From: Betaproteobacteria bacterium
Lineage (GTDB): Bacteria; Pseudomonadota; Gammaproteobacteria; Burkholderiales; SG8-41
DNA length: 29,619 nt
Reading direction: 5' to 3'
Assembly: GCA_028292065.1 (NCBI GenBank)
Contig: JAQGNC010000477.1
Span: 1-29,619 of the forward strand
Shown: positions 8,469 through 17,596 of the stretch, piece by piece
Layout of the letters: each line of letters opens with the position of its first letter
Numbering within the stretch: position 1 is the first letter of the stretch
Program-made: the position numbers and the translations under genes
The notes under the pieces: model-generated
Databases searched by the model: none
The model's input: the letters and a program-made list of their open reading frames with translations, nothing else
What the model was told of the DNA's origin: nothing

Positions 8469-9386
8469 TTACGGAATCGGGACCTGCTTCATCAACTGTT
8501 CCGCGGCGTCGAAGCCGTTGACGCGCCGTCCTTCGACGGTGGACATGAGGCGGTGGCCGACGACGCCGGGAAGCACCGCCTGCACGTCTTCGGGAACGAC
8601 GTGCCTGCGCTTTTCCATGAGCGCCCATGCGCGCGCGGCGTGCAGCAGCGCGAGCGCGGCACGCGGCGAAAGCCCGTTCGCGTACTCGGTCGACGCGCGG
8701 GTGTGGTTGACCACGGCCTGGACGTAATCGAGCAGCGCCGGCGCGACGTGCACCTGCTGCGCCTCCTGCTGGAGCTCGGCGAGATCTTCACCGCGCAGGC
8801 ACGCGCCGAGCTGCTCGAGTAGGTCGCGCCGGTCCTCGCCCTTGAGGAGCTCGCGCTCGGCCTCGACGTTCGGGTAACCGAGCTGTATGCGCATCAGGAA
8901 ACGATCGAGCTGCGATTCGGGAAGGGGGAAAGTGCCGACCTGGTACGACGGATTCTGGGTCGCGATCACGAAAAAAGGCGCGGGCAGGCGGCGCGTCTCG
9001 CCGTCGATCGTCACCTGGTGCTCTTCCATCGCTTCGAGCAGCGCGCTTTGCGCTTTGGGCGTGGCGCGGTTGACTTCGTCCGCGAGCACCACCTGCGTGA
9101 AGATCGGCCCCGGATGGAACTGGAAGGTGCCGTTGTCGCGGTTGTAGATCGACACCCCGAGGATGTCCGCGGGCAGCAGGTCGCTCGTGAACTGGATGCG
9201 CTGGAAAGACAAGCCCAGCGACGTTGCGAGCGCGTGCGCGAGCGTGGTCTTGCCGACACCCGGGATGTCTTCGATCAGCAGATGGCCGCGCGCGAGCAGG
9301 CACGCGAGCGCGAGGCGGATCTGCAATTCCTTGCCGAGAATGACGCCGCCGACCTGCTCGACGATTTTATCGATGCGTTCGCTCAT
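8469..9386 (-). CDS. MoxR family AAA+ ATPase
   Basis: LLIEDIPGVGKTTLA (Walker A), RIQFTSDLLPADILG, LADEVNRATPKAQSALLEAMEE, TQNP, FPLPESQLDRF, SPRA. Start ATG 9386. Confidence 0.95.
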   Translation of the reverse strand: MSERIDKIVEQVGGVILGKELQIRLALACLLARGHLLIEDIPGVGKTTLAHALATSLGLSFQRIQFTSDLLPADILGVSIYNRDNGTFQFHPGPIFTQVVLADEVNRATPKAQSALLEAMEEHQVTIDGETRRLPAPFFVIATQNPSYQVGTFPLPESQLDRFLMRIQLGYPNVEAERELLKGEDRRDLLEQLGACLRGEDLAELQQEAQQVHVAPALLDYVQAVVNHTRASTEYANGLSPRAALALLHAARAWALMEKRRHVVPEDVQAVLPGVVGHRLMSTVEGRRVNGFDAAEQLMKQVPIP

Positions 9387-9541
9387 GATGACTCGAGTTT
9401 GCCATACGCGGCGCGGGTTAGTCCCTGCGGCTGTCACGGCGCGGTGACTTCGTTGGCACTATGCGCCGCTGGAAGGCGCACGGCGGCGCCGCCTCGGTGC
9501 GAGTGTGCGGGCTGAGATGCCGCGCAGGAACACGCGACGCG

Positions 9542-9910
9542 CTAGACGAGGATCGCCGCGATCACCCTGCGGCCTTCGGCCATCAGGATGTTGAAAGTGC
9601 GGCACGCCGCTTTGGTGTCCATCGCCTCGAATCCCGTTCCAGCCGCGGCAAGCGCTCGCGTGAGCTCGGGACGCGGAAAGCGCAGGGTGTCACCCGTGCC
9701 CAGCAGAACGAGCTCGGGACCGCGCGCGAGGAGCGCTTCGAAGTGCTCGCGAGTGAGCGCGTCGAAGCTCGACGCGTCCCAGGGTTCGATCGCGCCTTCG
9801 GGCGACACCAGCACCGGGTGCTCGTAGCGCTCGCTGTTGATCGCGACGTAGCCGTCGCCGTATCCGGTGAAGAGGTTCTGCCCTGCGGGCGTGGTGACGT
9901 GGAATTTCAT
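9542..9910 (-). CDS. Mth938-like (DUF498) protein
   Basis: [38 protein letters not shown]. Usually sits divergent from alaC-hom-thrC in Betaproteobacteria. Confidence 0.92.
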   Translation of the reverse strand: MKFHVTTPAGQNLFTGYGDGYVAINSERYEHPVLVSPEGAIEPWDASSFDALTREHFEALLARGPELVLLGTGDTLRFPRPELTRALAAAGTGFEAMDTKAACRTFNILMAEGRRVIAAILV

Positions 9911-9960
9911 GATGCGTGGACGGTGCTGGCCATCGATCGAGAGGCGATCGGTATACGAGG

Positions 9961-10039
9961 CAGTGCCGCAGTTACGAACCGCGGCACTGTCGGCATAAGA
10001 CAGTGCCGCAGTTACGAACCGCGGCACTGTCGGCATAAG
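9961..10039. repeat. perfect tandem duplication of a 40-bp hairpin unit
   Basis: CAGTGCCGCAGTTACGAACCGCGGCACTGTCGGCATAAG at 9961 and at 10001. Each copy folds CAGTGCCGC/GCGGCACTG with an inner GTT/AAC pair. Confidence 0.95.
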
Positions 10040-10047
10040 CCGCTGAT

Positions 10048-10076
10048 TTGCTGTGGGTTAGTCGCTCCGATAGAAT
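10048..10076 (+). promoter_or_regulatory. putative sigma70 promoter for alaC-hom-thrC
   Basis: TTGCTG (10048-10053), 17-nt spacer, TAGAAT (10071-10076). Confidence 0.6.
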
Positions 10077-10153
10077 TATACGCTTTCACCCGGCGGCTGC
10101 CCCGCCCGCGCTCGCGTCACGCGGCGCCCTCCGAGCCTCACACGACTGGAACA

Positions 10154-11338
10154 ATGGAAGAATTCCCCCGGATCAAGCGCCTGCCGCCGTACGTCTTCAA
10201 CGTCACCGGAGAGCTCAAGCTCAGCGCCCGCCGCCACGGCGAGGACGTGATCGATTTCAGCATGGGCAACCCCGACGGCCCGACCCCGGCGCACATCGTC
10301 GACAAGCTCATCGAAACCGTCAGGCGTCCGGACACGCACGGCTACTCGGTGTCCAAAGGCATTCCGCGCCTGCGCCAGGCGATCTGCAACTGGTACAAGC
10401 GGCGCTATGACGTGGACCTCGACGCCGATTCCGAAGCGATCGTCACGATCGGCTCGAAAGAAGGCATCGCCCATCTCGCGCTCGCGACGCTCGACGCGGG
10501 CGACATCGTGCTCGTGCCGAACCCGAGCTATCCGATCCACATCTACGGCCCGGTGATCGCCGGCGCGGACATCCGGCACGTGCCGATGCACGCGGGCGTC
10601 GATTTCTTCGCGGAGCTCGAAACCGCGATCCGCGACAGCTATCCGAAGCCGAAGATGCTGATCGTGAACTTTCCGAGCAATCCGACTGCGCAGTGCGTCG
10701 ACCTCGCGTTCTTCGAGCGGCTGGTCGCGATCGCACGCGAGCATCACATCTACGTGGTGCACGATCTCGCTTACGCCGACATCGTCTTCGACGGCTACAG
10801 AGCGCCGTCGATCCTCGAAGTGCCCGGGGCGCGCGAGATCGCGGTCGAGTTCTTCACGATGTCGAAAAGCTACAACATGGCGGGCTGGCGAGTGGGCTTC
10901 ATGGTCGGCAACCGCGAGCTCGTCACTGCGCTGGCGCGCATGAAAAGCTATCACGACTACGGCACGTTCACGCCGATCCAGGTCGCCTCCATCGTCGCGC
11001 TCGAAGGGCCGCAGGAGTGCGTCGAGGAGGTCCGTCTCTCGTATCAGAAACGGCGCGACGTGTTGTGCAGCGGTCTGCACGCGGCGGGGTGGAACGTCGA
11101 CATCCCGAAGGCGACGATGTACGTGTGGGCGCCGATACCCGAAGCGTACAAGGCGATGGGCTCGCTCGAGTTTTCCAAGAAGCTGCTGGCCGAAGCGAAA
11201 GTGGCGGTCGCACCCGGTGTGGGTTTCGGCCACTACGGCGACGGGCACGTGCGCTTCGCCATGATCGAAAATGAAGCACGGACGAGACAAGCGGTGCGGG
11301 GGATCAAGGAAATGTTCAGAAAGGACGGATTGCTGTGA
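10154..11338 (+). CDS. alaC: alanine transaminase (class I/II PLP aminotransferase)
   Basis: [45 protein letters not shown]-Lys motif [13 protein letters not shown]. The ORF-track start at 9461 is over-extended. Confidence 0.93.
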   Translation: MEEFPRIKRLPPYVFNVTGELKLSARRHGEDVIDFSMGNPDGPTPAHIVDKLIETVRRPDTHGYSVSKGIPRLRQAICNWYKRRYDVDLDADSEAIVTIGSKEGIAHLALATLDAGDIVLVPNPSYPIHIYGPVIAGADIRHVPMHAGVDFFAELETAIRDSYPKPKMLIVNFPSNPTAQCVDLAFFERLVAIAREHHIYVVHDLAYADIVFDGYRAPSILEVPGAREIAVEFFTMSKSYNMAGWRVGFMVGNRELVTALARMKSYHDYGTFTPIQVASIVALEGPQECVEEVRLSYQKRRDVLCSGLHAAGWNVDIPKATMYVWAPIPEAYKAMGSLEFSKKLLAEAKVAVAPGVGFGHYGDGHVRFAMIENEARTRQAVRGIKEMFRKDGLL

Positions 11339-12645
11339 AGCCGATCAACGTAGGACTGCTCGGCATCGGCACGGTCGGCTGCGGCGCTTATACCGTGCTC
11401 CGGCGCAACCAGGAGGAGATCGCGCGCCGGGCGGGATCTTCGATCACCATGAAGATGGTCGCGGACAAGGACATCGACAAGGTCCGCAGCATCGTCGGCG
11501 ACGGCGCGAGGGTCACTGCCGACGCTTTCGAAGTGGTCAACAGCAAAGACATCGACATCGTGGTCGAGCTGATCGGCGGCACCGGGATCGCGCGCGAGCT
11601 GGTGCTGAAAGCGATCGCTAACGGCAAGCACGTCGTCACCGCGAACAAGGCGCTGCTCGCGCAGCACGGCAACGAGATATTCGCGGCCGCGCAGAAACAC
11701 GACGTCATGGTGGCGTTCGAAGGCGCGGTCGGCGGCGGCATCCCGATCATCAAGTCGCTGCGCGAAGGGCTGACCGCCAATCGCATCGAGTGGATCGTCG
11801 GCATCATCAACGGCACCAGCAACTTCATCCTGTCCGAGATGCGCGAAAAAGGCGCGGGCTTCGGCGACGTTCTCAAGGAAGCCCAGGCGCGAGGCTACGC
11901 CGAGAGCGATCCGACTTTCGACATCGAAGGCGTGGACGCGGCGCACAAGCTCACGATCATGGCCGCCATCGGCTTCGGCATTCCGATGCAGTTCGGCTCG
12001 GCGTACGTCGAAGGCATCTCGAAGCTCACGCGCGAAGACATCCGCTACGCCGAAGAGCTCGGCTATCGCATCAAGCTCCTCGGCATCGCCAAGCGCCGCG
12101 ACACCGGCATCGAGCTGCGCGTGCACCCCACGCTGATCCCCGAGAAGCGCCTCATCGCGAACGTCGAAGGGGTCATGAACGCGATCCTCGTCAAAGGCGA
12201 CGCAGTGGGCCAGACGATGTATTACGGCGCGGGCGCGGGCGCCGAGCCGACCGCCTCCGCGGTGGTCGCGGACCTGGTCGACGTCGCGCGCATGCTGACT
12301 TCCGACCCCGAGCACCGCGTGCCGCATCTCGCTTTCCAGCCGGGGCAGCTCGCCGATACGCCGATCCTGCCGATCAGCGAAGTCGAAACGTCGTATTACT
12401 TCCGCATGCGGGTGTATGACCGTCCCGGCGTGCTCGCCGACATCACGCGTATCCTCGCCGATTCGGCTATTTCGATCGACGCGATGGTCCAGAAGGAGCC
12501 CAGCGAAGGCGAGGACCAGGTCGACATCATCATGCTGACCCACCGCACGATCGAAAAAAACGTCGACGCGGCGATCAAAAAAATCGAAGCCCTGCCGGTG
12601 GTCGCGGGTGCGATCACGCGCATACGGCTCGAACAACTGAACTGA
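11335..12645 (+). CDS. hom: homoserine dehydrogenase with C-terminal ACT domain
   Basis: [63 protein letters not shown] segment [14 protein letters not shown] overlap with alaC. Confidence 0.97.
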   Translation: MKPINVGLLGIGTVGCGAYTVLRRNQEEIARRAGSSITMKMVADKDIDKVRSIVGDGARVTADAFEVVNSKDIDIVVELIGGTGIARELVLKAIANGKHVVTANKALLAQHGNEIFAAAQKHDVMVAFEGAVGGGIPIIKSLREGLTANRIEWIVGIINGTSNFILSEMREKGAGFGDVLKEAQARGYAESDPTFDIEGVDAAHKLTIMAAIGFGIPMQFGSAYVEGISKLTREDIRYAEELGYRIKLLGIAKRRDTGIELRVHPTLIPEKRLIANVEGVMNAILVKGDAVGQTMYYGAGAGAEPTASAVVADLVDVARMLTSDPEHRVPHLAFQPGQLADTPILPISEVETSYYFRMRVYDRPGVLADITRILADSAISIDAMVQKEPSEGEDQVDIIMLTHRTIEKNVDAAIKKIEALPVVAGAITRIRLEQLN

Positions 12646-12647
12646 TA

Positions 12648-13772
12648 ATGGCTCACTATCTAGGTCTCATCGAAAACTACCGCGACCGCCTGCCGGTCGA
12701 CGAGAACACGCCCGTCGTCTCGCTTTGCGAAGGCAACACCCCGCTGATCGAGCTTAAGAATTTGCCGCAGCGCCTCGGCAAGAACGTGCGCATCTACGCC
12801 AAGTTCGAAGGGCTCAATCCCACCGGCTCGTTCAAGGACCGCGGCATGACGATGGCCGTCACCAAGGCGGTCGAAGCCGGTGCGAAAGCGATCATCTGCG
12901 CGTCGACCGGAAACACGTCGGCTGCGGCCGCGGCATATGCGGCGCGGGCGGGTATCGCGTGCTTCGTGCTGATTCCCGAAGGCAAGATCGCGCTGGGCAA
13001 GCTCGCCCAGGCGATGATGCACGGCGCGCTGGTGATCCAGATCCGCGGCAACTTCGACGACGGCATGCGCCTCGTTCAACTCGCGGCCGAGACCACCGGG
13101 GTCGCGCTCGTGAACTCGATCAATCCTTTCCGGCCGCAGGGGCAGAAGACCGTCGCGTTCGAGGTGATCGAAGCCCTCGGCGACGCGCCGGACTATCACG
13201 CGCTGCCGGTCGGCAACGCGGGCAACATCGGCGCGCACTGGGCAGGCTACAGCGAGATGGCGTGCGAGCAGACGAAAGCGTGCGCGTACTGCGACGGCAA
13301 ATGCCCTTTCCACCGCGAGAAGCTCGCCACGCGCAGGCCGATCATGGTCGGCTACCAGGCGTCGGGCGCCGCGCCTATCGTCCACGGCAAGCCGGTGGAG
13401 AACCCCGAGACCGTCGCCACTGCGATCCGCATCGGCAACCCGGCTTCGTGGGAGCTCGCGCTCAACGCCCAGCGCGAATCGGGCGGCTGGTTCGCCGAGT
13501 GCACCGACGAAGAGATCCTCGCCGCGCAGAAACTGCTGGCGCAGACCGAAGGCGTCTTCTGCGAGCCCGCCTCGGCGATCTCGATCGCGGGCATCACCAA
13601 AGACCTCGAGGAGGGCCGCATACGTGAAGGCGCGACGATCGTCTGCACCCTCACCGGTCACGGCCTCAAAGACCCCGACACCGCGATCGGCCAGTGCGTG
13701 AAGCCGCTGACGGTCGATGCGGAGCTTCCGGAGATAGAGCGCCTGATCCGGCAGAACCTGCCGAAGGCGTAG
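12648..13772 (+). CDS. thrC: threonine synthase, short (Bacillus-like) type, with a Cys-rich insertion
   Basis: [22 protein letters not shown] (PLP Lys), [41 protein letters not shown]; lies directly downstream of hom. Confidence 0.93.
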   Translation: MAHYLGLIENYRDRLPVDENTPVVSLCEGNTPLIELKNLPQRLGKNVRIYAKFEGLNPTGSFKDRGMTMAVTKAVEAGAKAIICASTGNTSAAAAAYAARAGIACFVLIPEGKIALGKLAQAMMHGALVIQIRGNFDDGMRLVQLAAETTGVALVNSINPFRPQGQKTVAFEVIEALGDAPDYHALPVGNAGNIGAHWAGYSEMACEQTKACAYCDGKCPFHREKLATRRPIMVGYQASGAAPIVHGKPVENPETVATAIRIGNPASWELALNAQRESGGWFAECTDEEILAAQKLLAQTEGVFCEPASAISIAGITKDLEEGRIREGATIVCTLTGHGLKDPDTAIGQCVKPLTVDAELPEIERLIRQNLPKA

Positions 13773-13782
13773 CCTTCGGCAG
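13758..13782. terminator. 11-bp stem hairpin over the thrC stop
   Basis: CTGCCGAAGGC-GTA-GCCTTCGGCAG; no U-tract. Confidence 0.5.
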
Positions 13783-13838
13783 CTGCCCGGTGAACGACGC
13801 GGAAGGAAACCTGCGGTTTTCCCTGCCCGTGCGCCACG

Positions 13839-13877
13839 GGATCGCAGCGTCGCGCTGCCGCGGCTCCTCGCGATGAC
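13839..13877. repeat. REP-like element ending in GCGATGAC
   Basis: GGATCGCAGCGTCGCGCTGCCGCGGCTCCTCGCGATGAC resembles the widespread GGATTGC...GCTCCTCGCAATGAC palindromic repeat type (recognised from memory). Confidence 0.55.
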
Positions 13878-13912
13878 CCGGTGGTTTATCTCCCTTTCCA
13901 CTGCGCCGCAGA

Positions 13913-14011
13913 GCCGTCATTCCGGACCGGCGCGAGCGGGAGTGATCCGGAAGTCTGTTTTGACCTTTAAGTAACGTCAAGATGGATCTTGGCCTGCGCC
14001 AGGATGACGGC
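13913..14011. repeat. CGTC-tagged REP doublet / MITE-like element
   Basis: Terminal inverted repeats GCCGTCATTCC and GGATGACGGC. Left hairpin TTCCGGA..TCCGGAA, central TTGAC..GTCAA, right unit TGGATCTTGGC-CTGC-GCCAGGATGAC. Abuts the nadC stop. Confidence 0.75.
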
Positions 14012-14012
14012 T

Positions 14013-14843
14013 TTAAACGAAGCGCATCGACAGGTCTACGGCCTTGATATCTTTCGTCAGGCTGCCGATCGAGATGCGGTCGACGCCGGTCTCGGCGATC
14101 GCGCGGACGTTGTCGAACGTGATGCCGCCGGAGGCTTCGAGCTCGGCGCGGCCGGCTGCAATCTTCACGGCTTCGCGCATCTGATCGGGCGTCATGTTGT
14201 CGAGCAGGATCATCTTCGCGCCGCCTTCGAGCGCTTCGTCGAGCTGCGCGAGAGTCTCGACTTCGATCTGGATCCACACGCCTTCAGGGGCGACCCGGCG
14301 CGCCGCCTGCAGCGCCGGTGTTACGCCGCCCGCGGCCGCGATGTGATTTTCCTTGATGAGGACGCCGTCGTAGAGTCCCAGGCGGTGATTCTTTCCGCCG
14401 CCCACCCGCACGGCATATTTCTGAGCGAGCCTCAAACCCGGCAGGGTCTTGCGGGTGTCGACGATGGCACCGCGGGTGCCGGCGACCGCGTCGACATAGC
14501 GGCGAGTGGCCGTAGCCACTGCGGACAGGGTCTGCAGGAAGTTGAGCGCGGTGCGCTCGCCGGTGAGCAGCGCGCGCGTGTCCGCGGTGATCTCGCATAC
14601 GCGGGCGCCGGGCTCGAGTGACTGCCCTTCGTGCGCCAGCCACTGCACTGCCGATGCGCCATCAAGCGCACGAAAACACGCGGTAACCCAGGCCTGTCCG
14701 CACAACACCGCGGCGCTGCGGCAGATCACCACCGCCCGCGACGTCTGTCCCGGCGGCGTCAGCAGCGCGGTCCAGTCGCCGGCGCCGACGTCTTCGGACA
14801 GGGCGGCTGAGACGTTCTGCTCGACCTCCGATACAAGCTCCAA
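14013..14843 (-). CDS. nadC: nicotinate-nucleotide diphosphorylase (quinolinate phosphoribosyltransferase)
   Basis: ALSEDVGAGDWT, ERTALNFLQ, DTRKTLPGLR, HRLGLYD, LIKENH, EVET, LLDNM, EASGGI, ISIGSLTK. TTG start at 14843 inferred from GAGG 6 nt upstream. Confidence 0.95.
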   Translation of the reverse strand: MELVSEVEQNVSAALSEDVGAGDWTALLTPPGQTSRAVVICRSAAVLCGQAWVTACFRALDGASAVQWLAHEGQSLEPGARVCEITADTRALLTGERTALNFLQTLSAVATATRRYVDAVAGTRGAIVDTRKTLPGLRLAQKYAVRVGGGKNHRLGLYDGVLIKENHIAAAGGVTPALQAARRVAPEGVWIQIEVETLAQLDEALEGGAKMILLDNMTPDQMREAVKIAAGRAELEASGGITFDNVRAIAETGVDRISIGSLTKDIKAVDLSMRFV

Positions 14844-15106
14844 TGAATGCCTCGACGCTGAATGACGAAACCGGTAGTGTACTCGCTCGACGGTAAGACG
14901 CTCATAAAGCGTAAGGCCGCTGCCCCCGCCGCGCGAGCGGCCAGGTCCGCCGCAGGCCCCTCGCAACGATCGGTGTTCTCCGGTTTGCGCGTCATCAAAT
15001 CACCCACGGAACCCACCATGTTGTGCCTTGAAGCACCCGCTTGCAGTGCATCCCCCAAGCGCGATCCGGCTGAGGACAATGCGTCGTCACAGCGGGTGGT
15101 GCGGCT

Positions 15107-15931
15107 ATGAAGAGGCTGTTGGCGATTTTGCAGCAGTGGTTCGGCCGATCGCGCATCTGCGCGCGTCTGGCGGTGAAAATACGCAACCAGGCCGACGCTG
15201 TCATCCGCAACCATCTGAACGACGGCGTGGACATGGCGAGCAACGGCGAGCTGTGGCTGCTCGAGAAGGTCGCTCCGCGTGCGTCGTGTTTTGTCGATGT
15301 CGGCGCGAACGTGGGCGCATGGAGCACAGCGTTCCTGAAGCGGATGACCGCGCAGGGCCGCGGCCTTCTATTCGAGCCCTCACCGTCGGCACTCGCGTTG
15401 CTCGAGACGAACATGCACAAGACCGGCAGGGCGGGCTCGCTCGAAGTCATACAGGCTGCTGTCAGCGATCGGGTCGGGACGCAAGTATTCTTTACCGAGG
15501 CGGCGGCGGGCGAAACATCGTCGCTCGTCCCGGGGCACAGTCTTTCCAATGCTCAGCGGATTGAGGTTGCGCTGACGACAATAGACGCGGAGCTGGCGCA
15601 TCGAGGCATCGACGTCGTCGACATGCTCAAGGTGGATGCCGAAGGTTTCGATCTTCACGTGCTTCGAGGCGCCGATCAAAGTCTGAGAGCCGGTAAGATC
15701 GCCGTCGTGCAGTTCGAATACAACACCCCGTGGGCCATCGCAGGAAGCACGCTCGCCGATGCAATACGCTTGTTCGAATCGGTGGGTTATGACCTTTATC
15801 TGCTGAGGGCGGATGGTGTTTACGCGTTCGATTACCGTTTTTACGGTGAGTACTTCGGGTACTCCAATTTCGTGGCGTTTGCGCCGGGCGCCATGGCGCG
15901 CTTCGGCATTACCGCGAAGGGCACCGTCTGA
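15107..15931 (+). CDS. FkbM family SAM-dependent methyltransferase
   Basis: FVDVGANVG, FEPSP, AAVSD, MLKVDAEGFDLHVLRGA, VQFEY. Confidence 0.88.
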   Translation: MKRLLAILQQWFGRSRICARLAVKIRNQADAVIRNHLNDGVDMASNGELWLLEKVAPRASCFVDVGANVGAWSTAFLKRMTAQGRGLLFEPSPSALALLETNMHKTGRAGSLEVIQAAVSDRVGTQVFFTEAAAGETSSLVPGHSLSNAQRIEVALTTIDAELAHRGIDVVDMLKVDAEGFDLHVLRGADQSLRAGKIAVVQFEYNTPWAIAGSTLADAIRLFESVGYDLYLLRADGVYAFDYRFYGEYFGYSNFVAFAPGAMARFGITAKGTV

Positions 15932-15988
15932 GCGCGCCCGCCAGCGCTCGGCACAACTTTTGAGCGACGGCTGAGGGAGTGAGTGAGG

Positions 15989-17554
15989 ATGGACGGCATG
16001 CTGAGTGTGGTGTCCTACGGGCTGGGCACGGTGCTCGGCCTGGTCGTGCTCGGCGCCATACTCGTACTCGTCATCCACGACGTCACCCAAAAGAAACATA
16101 CCGTCCTGCGCAACTTCCCGGTGATCGGGCACCTGCGCTTCTTCTTCGAGAACCTCGGCGAGTATTTCAGGCAATACTTCTTTGCCGGCGACCGTGCCGA
16201 GATGCCGTTCAACCGGGCGACTCGCGCCTGGATCTACAAGAGCGCGAAGAACGAAGGTGGACTGATCGGTTTCGGATCGACCAACGACCGGCGCGAGCCC
16301 GGCTCGATCATTTTTGTGAACCATCCGTTCCCGGTACTGGAAGAAGACCGGCTGCCGACGCCGTCGATCCTGATCGGCGACGGCTATTGCAAACAGCCTT
16401 TCGAAGCGAGGTCGATCGTCAACATCAGCGGGATGAGCTTCGGGGCCATCTCGGAACCCGCGGTGCGCGCGCTCTCCCGCGGCGCCGCGGAGGCCGGCTG
16501 CTGGATGGATACCGGAGAAGGCGGTTTCTCGCCTTACCACGGCGAAGGCGGGTGCGACGTCATCATGCAGATCGGCACCGCCAAGTACGGGATACGAAAC
16601 CACGACGGCACGTTTTCCGCCGAGCGTGCGAAAGAGCTCGCCAGGCACGTCAAGGCGTTCGAGATCAAGCTCTCGCAGGGGGCCAAGCCCGGCAAGGGCG
16701 GGGTGCTGCCGGGGATGAAGGTGACCGACGAGATTTCGCGCATCCGCGGCATCCCGGCCGGATACGACTCGATCAGCCCTAACCGCCACCACGACATCGC
16801 GAATGTGACCGAACTGCTCGATCAGGTCGCGTACATCCGGGATCTGACCGGCAGGCCGGTCGGGGTCAAGACAGCGATCGGCGGATGGGATTTCATCAAC
16901 GACCTCTGCGAAGAGGTGCTCAGGCGCGGTCACGAGTACGCACCGGATTTTCTGGCCATCGACGGGGGCGAGGGCGGGAGCGGAGCCGCCCCGCAGACGC
17001 TCATGGACCATATGGCACTGCCGATCGCCGAAGCGTTGCCGCGAGCCGTCGATTCGCTGCTCCAGGCAGGTCTCAAGACCCGCATCCGCGTCGTGGCCGC
17101 GGGCAAGCTCGTCAATTCGGCGCGCGCGGCGTGGGCGCTCTGCGCCGGCGCCGATTTCGTGAACACCGCGCGCGGTTTCATGTTCGCGCTCGGCTGCATC
17201 CAGGCGTTGCGCTGCCACACCAACACCTGCCCGACCGGGGTCACCACCCACAACAAGCGGCTGCAGCGCGGCCTCGTCGTGGAAGAGAAGTATCTGCGCG
17301 TCGCCAACTACTGCCGCAACATGAACACGGAGATCGACATGATCGCGCACTCGTGCGGGTGCCGCCACGCGCGCGAGCTCAGACGCGAGCACGTGCGCAT
17401 CGTGCAGTCGGCCGACCACAGCATGGCGCTGAATATGCTGGCTCCCTATCCGGTGCAGGGCGAGCGGCCGTCGCCGCGAGCGGTCGATACCCCGGCAGCC
17501 ATCGAGCAAAAGCCCACTGAAGCGCTTGAAAAAGCGTCGGTCGGCCCGATTTAG
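15989..17554 (+). CDS. FMN-binding glutamate synthase family protein with N-terminal TM anchor
   Basis: [48 protein letters not shown], Fe-S motif [15 protein letters not shown]. Start is 15983, 15989 or 15998. Confidence 0.9.
   Translation: MDGMLSVVSYGLGTVLGLVVLGAILVLVIHDVTQKKHTVLRNFPVIGHLRFFFENLGEYFRQYFFAGDRAEMPFNRATRAWIYKSAKNEGGLIGFGSTNDRREPGSIIFVNHPFPVLEEDRLPTPSILIGDGYCKQPFEARSIVNISGMSFGAISEPAVRALSRGAAEAGCWMDTGEGGFSPYHGEGGCDVIMQIGTAKYGIRNHDGTFSAERAKELARHVKAFEIKLSQGAKPGKGGVLPGMKVTDEISRIRGIPAGYDSISPNRHHDIANVTELLDQVAYIRDLTGRPVGVKTAIGGWDFINDLCEEVLRRGHEYAPDFLAIDGGEGGSGAAPQTLMDHMALPIAEALPRAVDSLLQAGLKTRIRVVAAGKLVNSARAAWALCAGADFVNTARGFMFALGCIQALRCHTNTCPTGVTTHNKRLQRGLVVEEKYLRVANYCRNMNTEIDMIAHSCGCRHARELRREHVRIVQSADHSMALNMLAPYPVQGERPSPRAVDTPAAIEQKPTEALEKASVGPI
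17525..17552 (+). promoter_or_regulatory. putative sigma32 (RpoH) promoter for clpB
   Basis: CTTGAA (17525-17530), 14-nt spacer, CCCGATTT (17545-17552); consensus is CTTGAA-N13/14-CCCCATNT. Lies about 45 nt upstream of the clpB ATG. Confidence 0.7.
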
Positions 17555-17596
17555 CTTGGGTAAAGCCTTGTCCGCCAGCAATTCGAGGTAAAAATC

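Noticed and set aside
9961-10039. Possible mini-CRISPR array
   Set aside because: Only two units, the would-be spacers are identical and about 11 nt long, and there are no cas genes in the window.
14844-14900. NAD-responsive riboswitch or regulator site upstream of nadC
   Set aside because: No structure or motif I can recognise; only a lone TACACT -10-like hexamer without a matching -35.
14862-15110. 82-aa ORF overlapping the FkbM start (ATGA)
   Set aside because: No RBS and no recognisable motif, and it would start only 18 bp from the inferred divergent nadC start. Not excluded, but unsupported.
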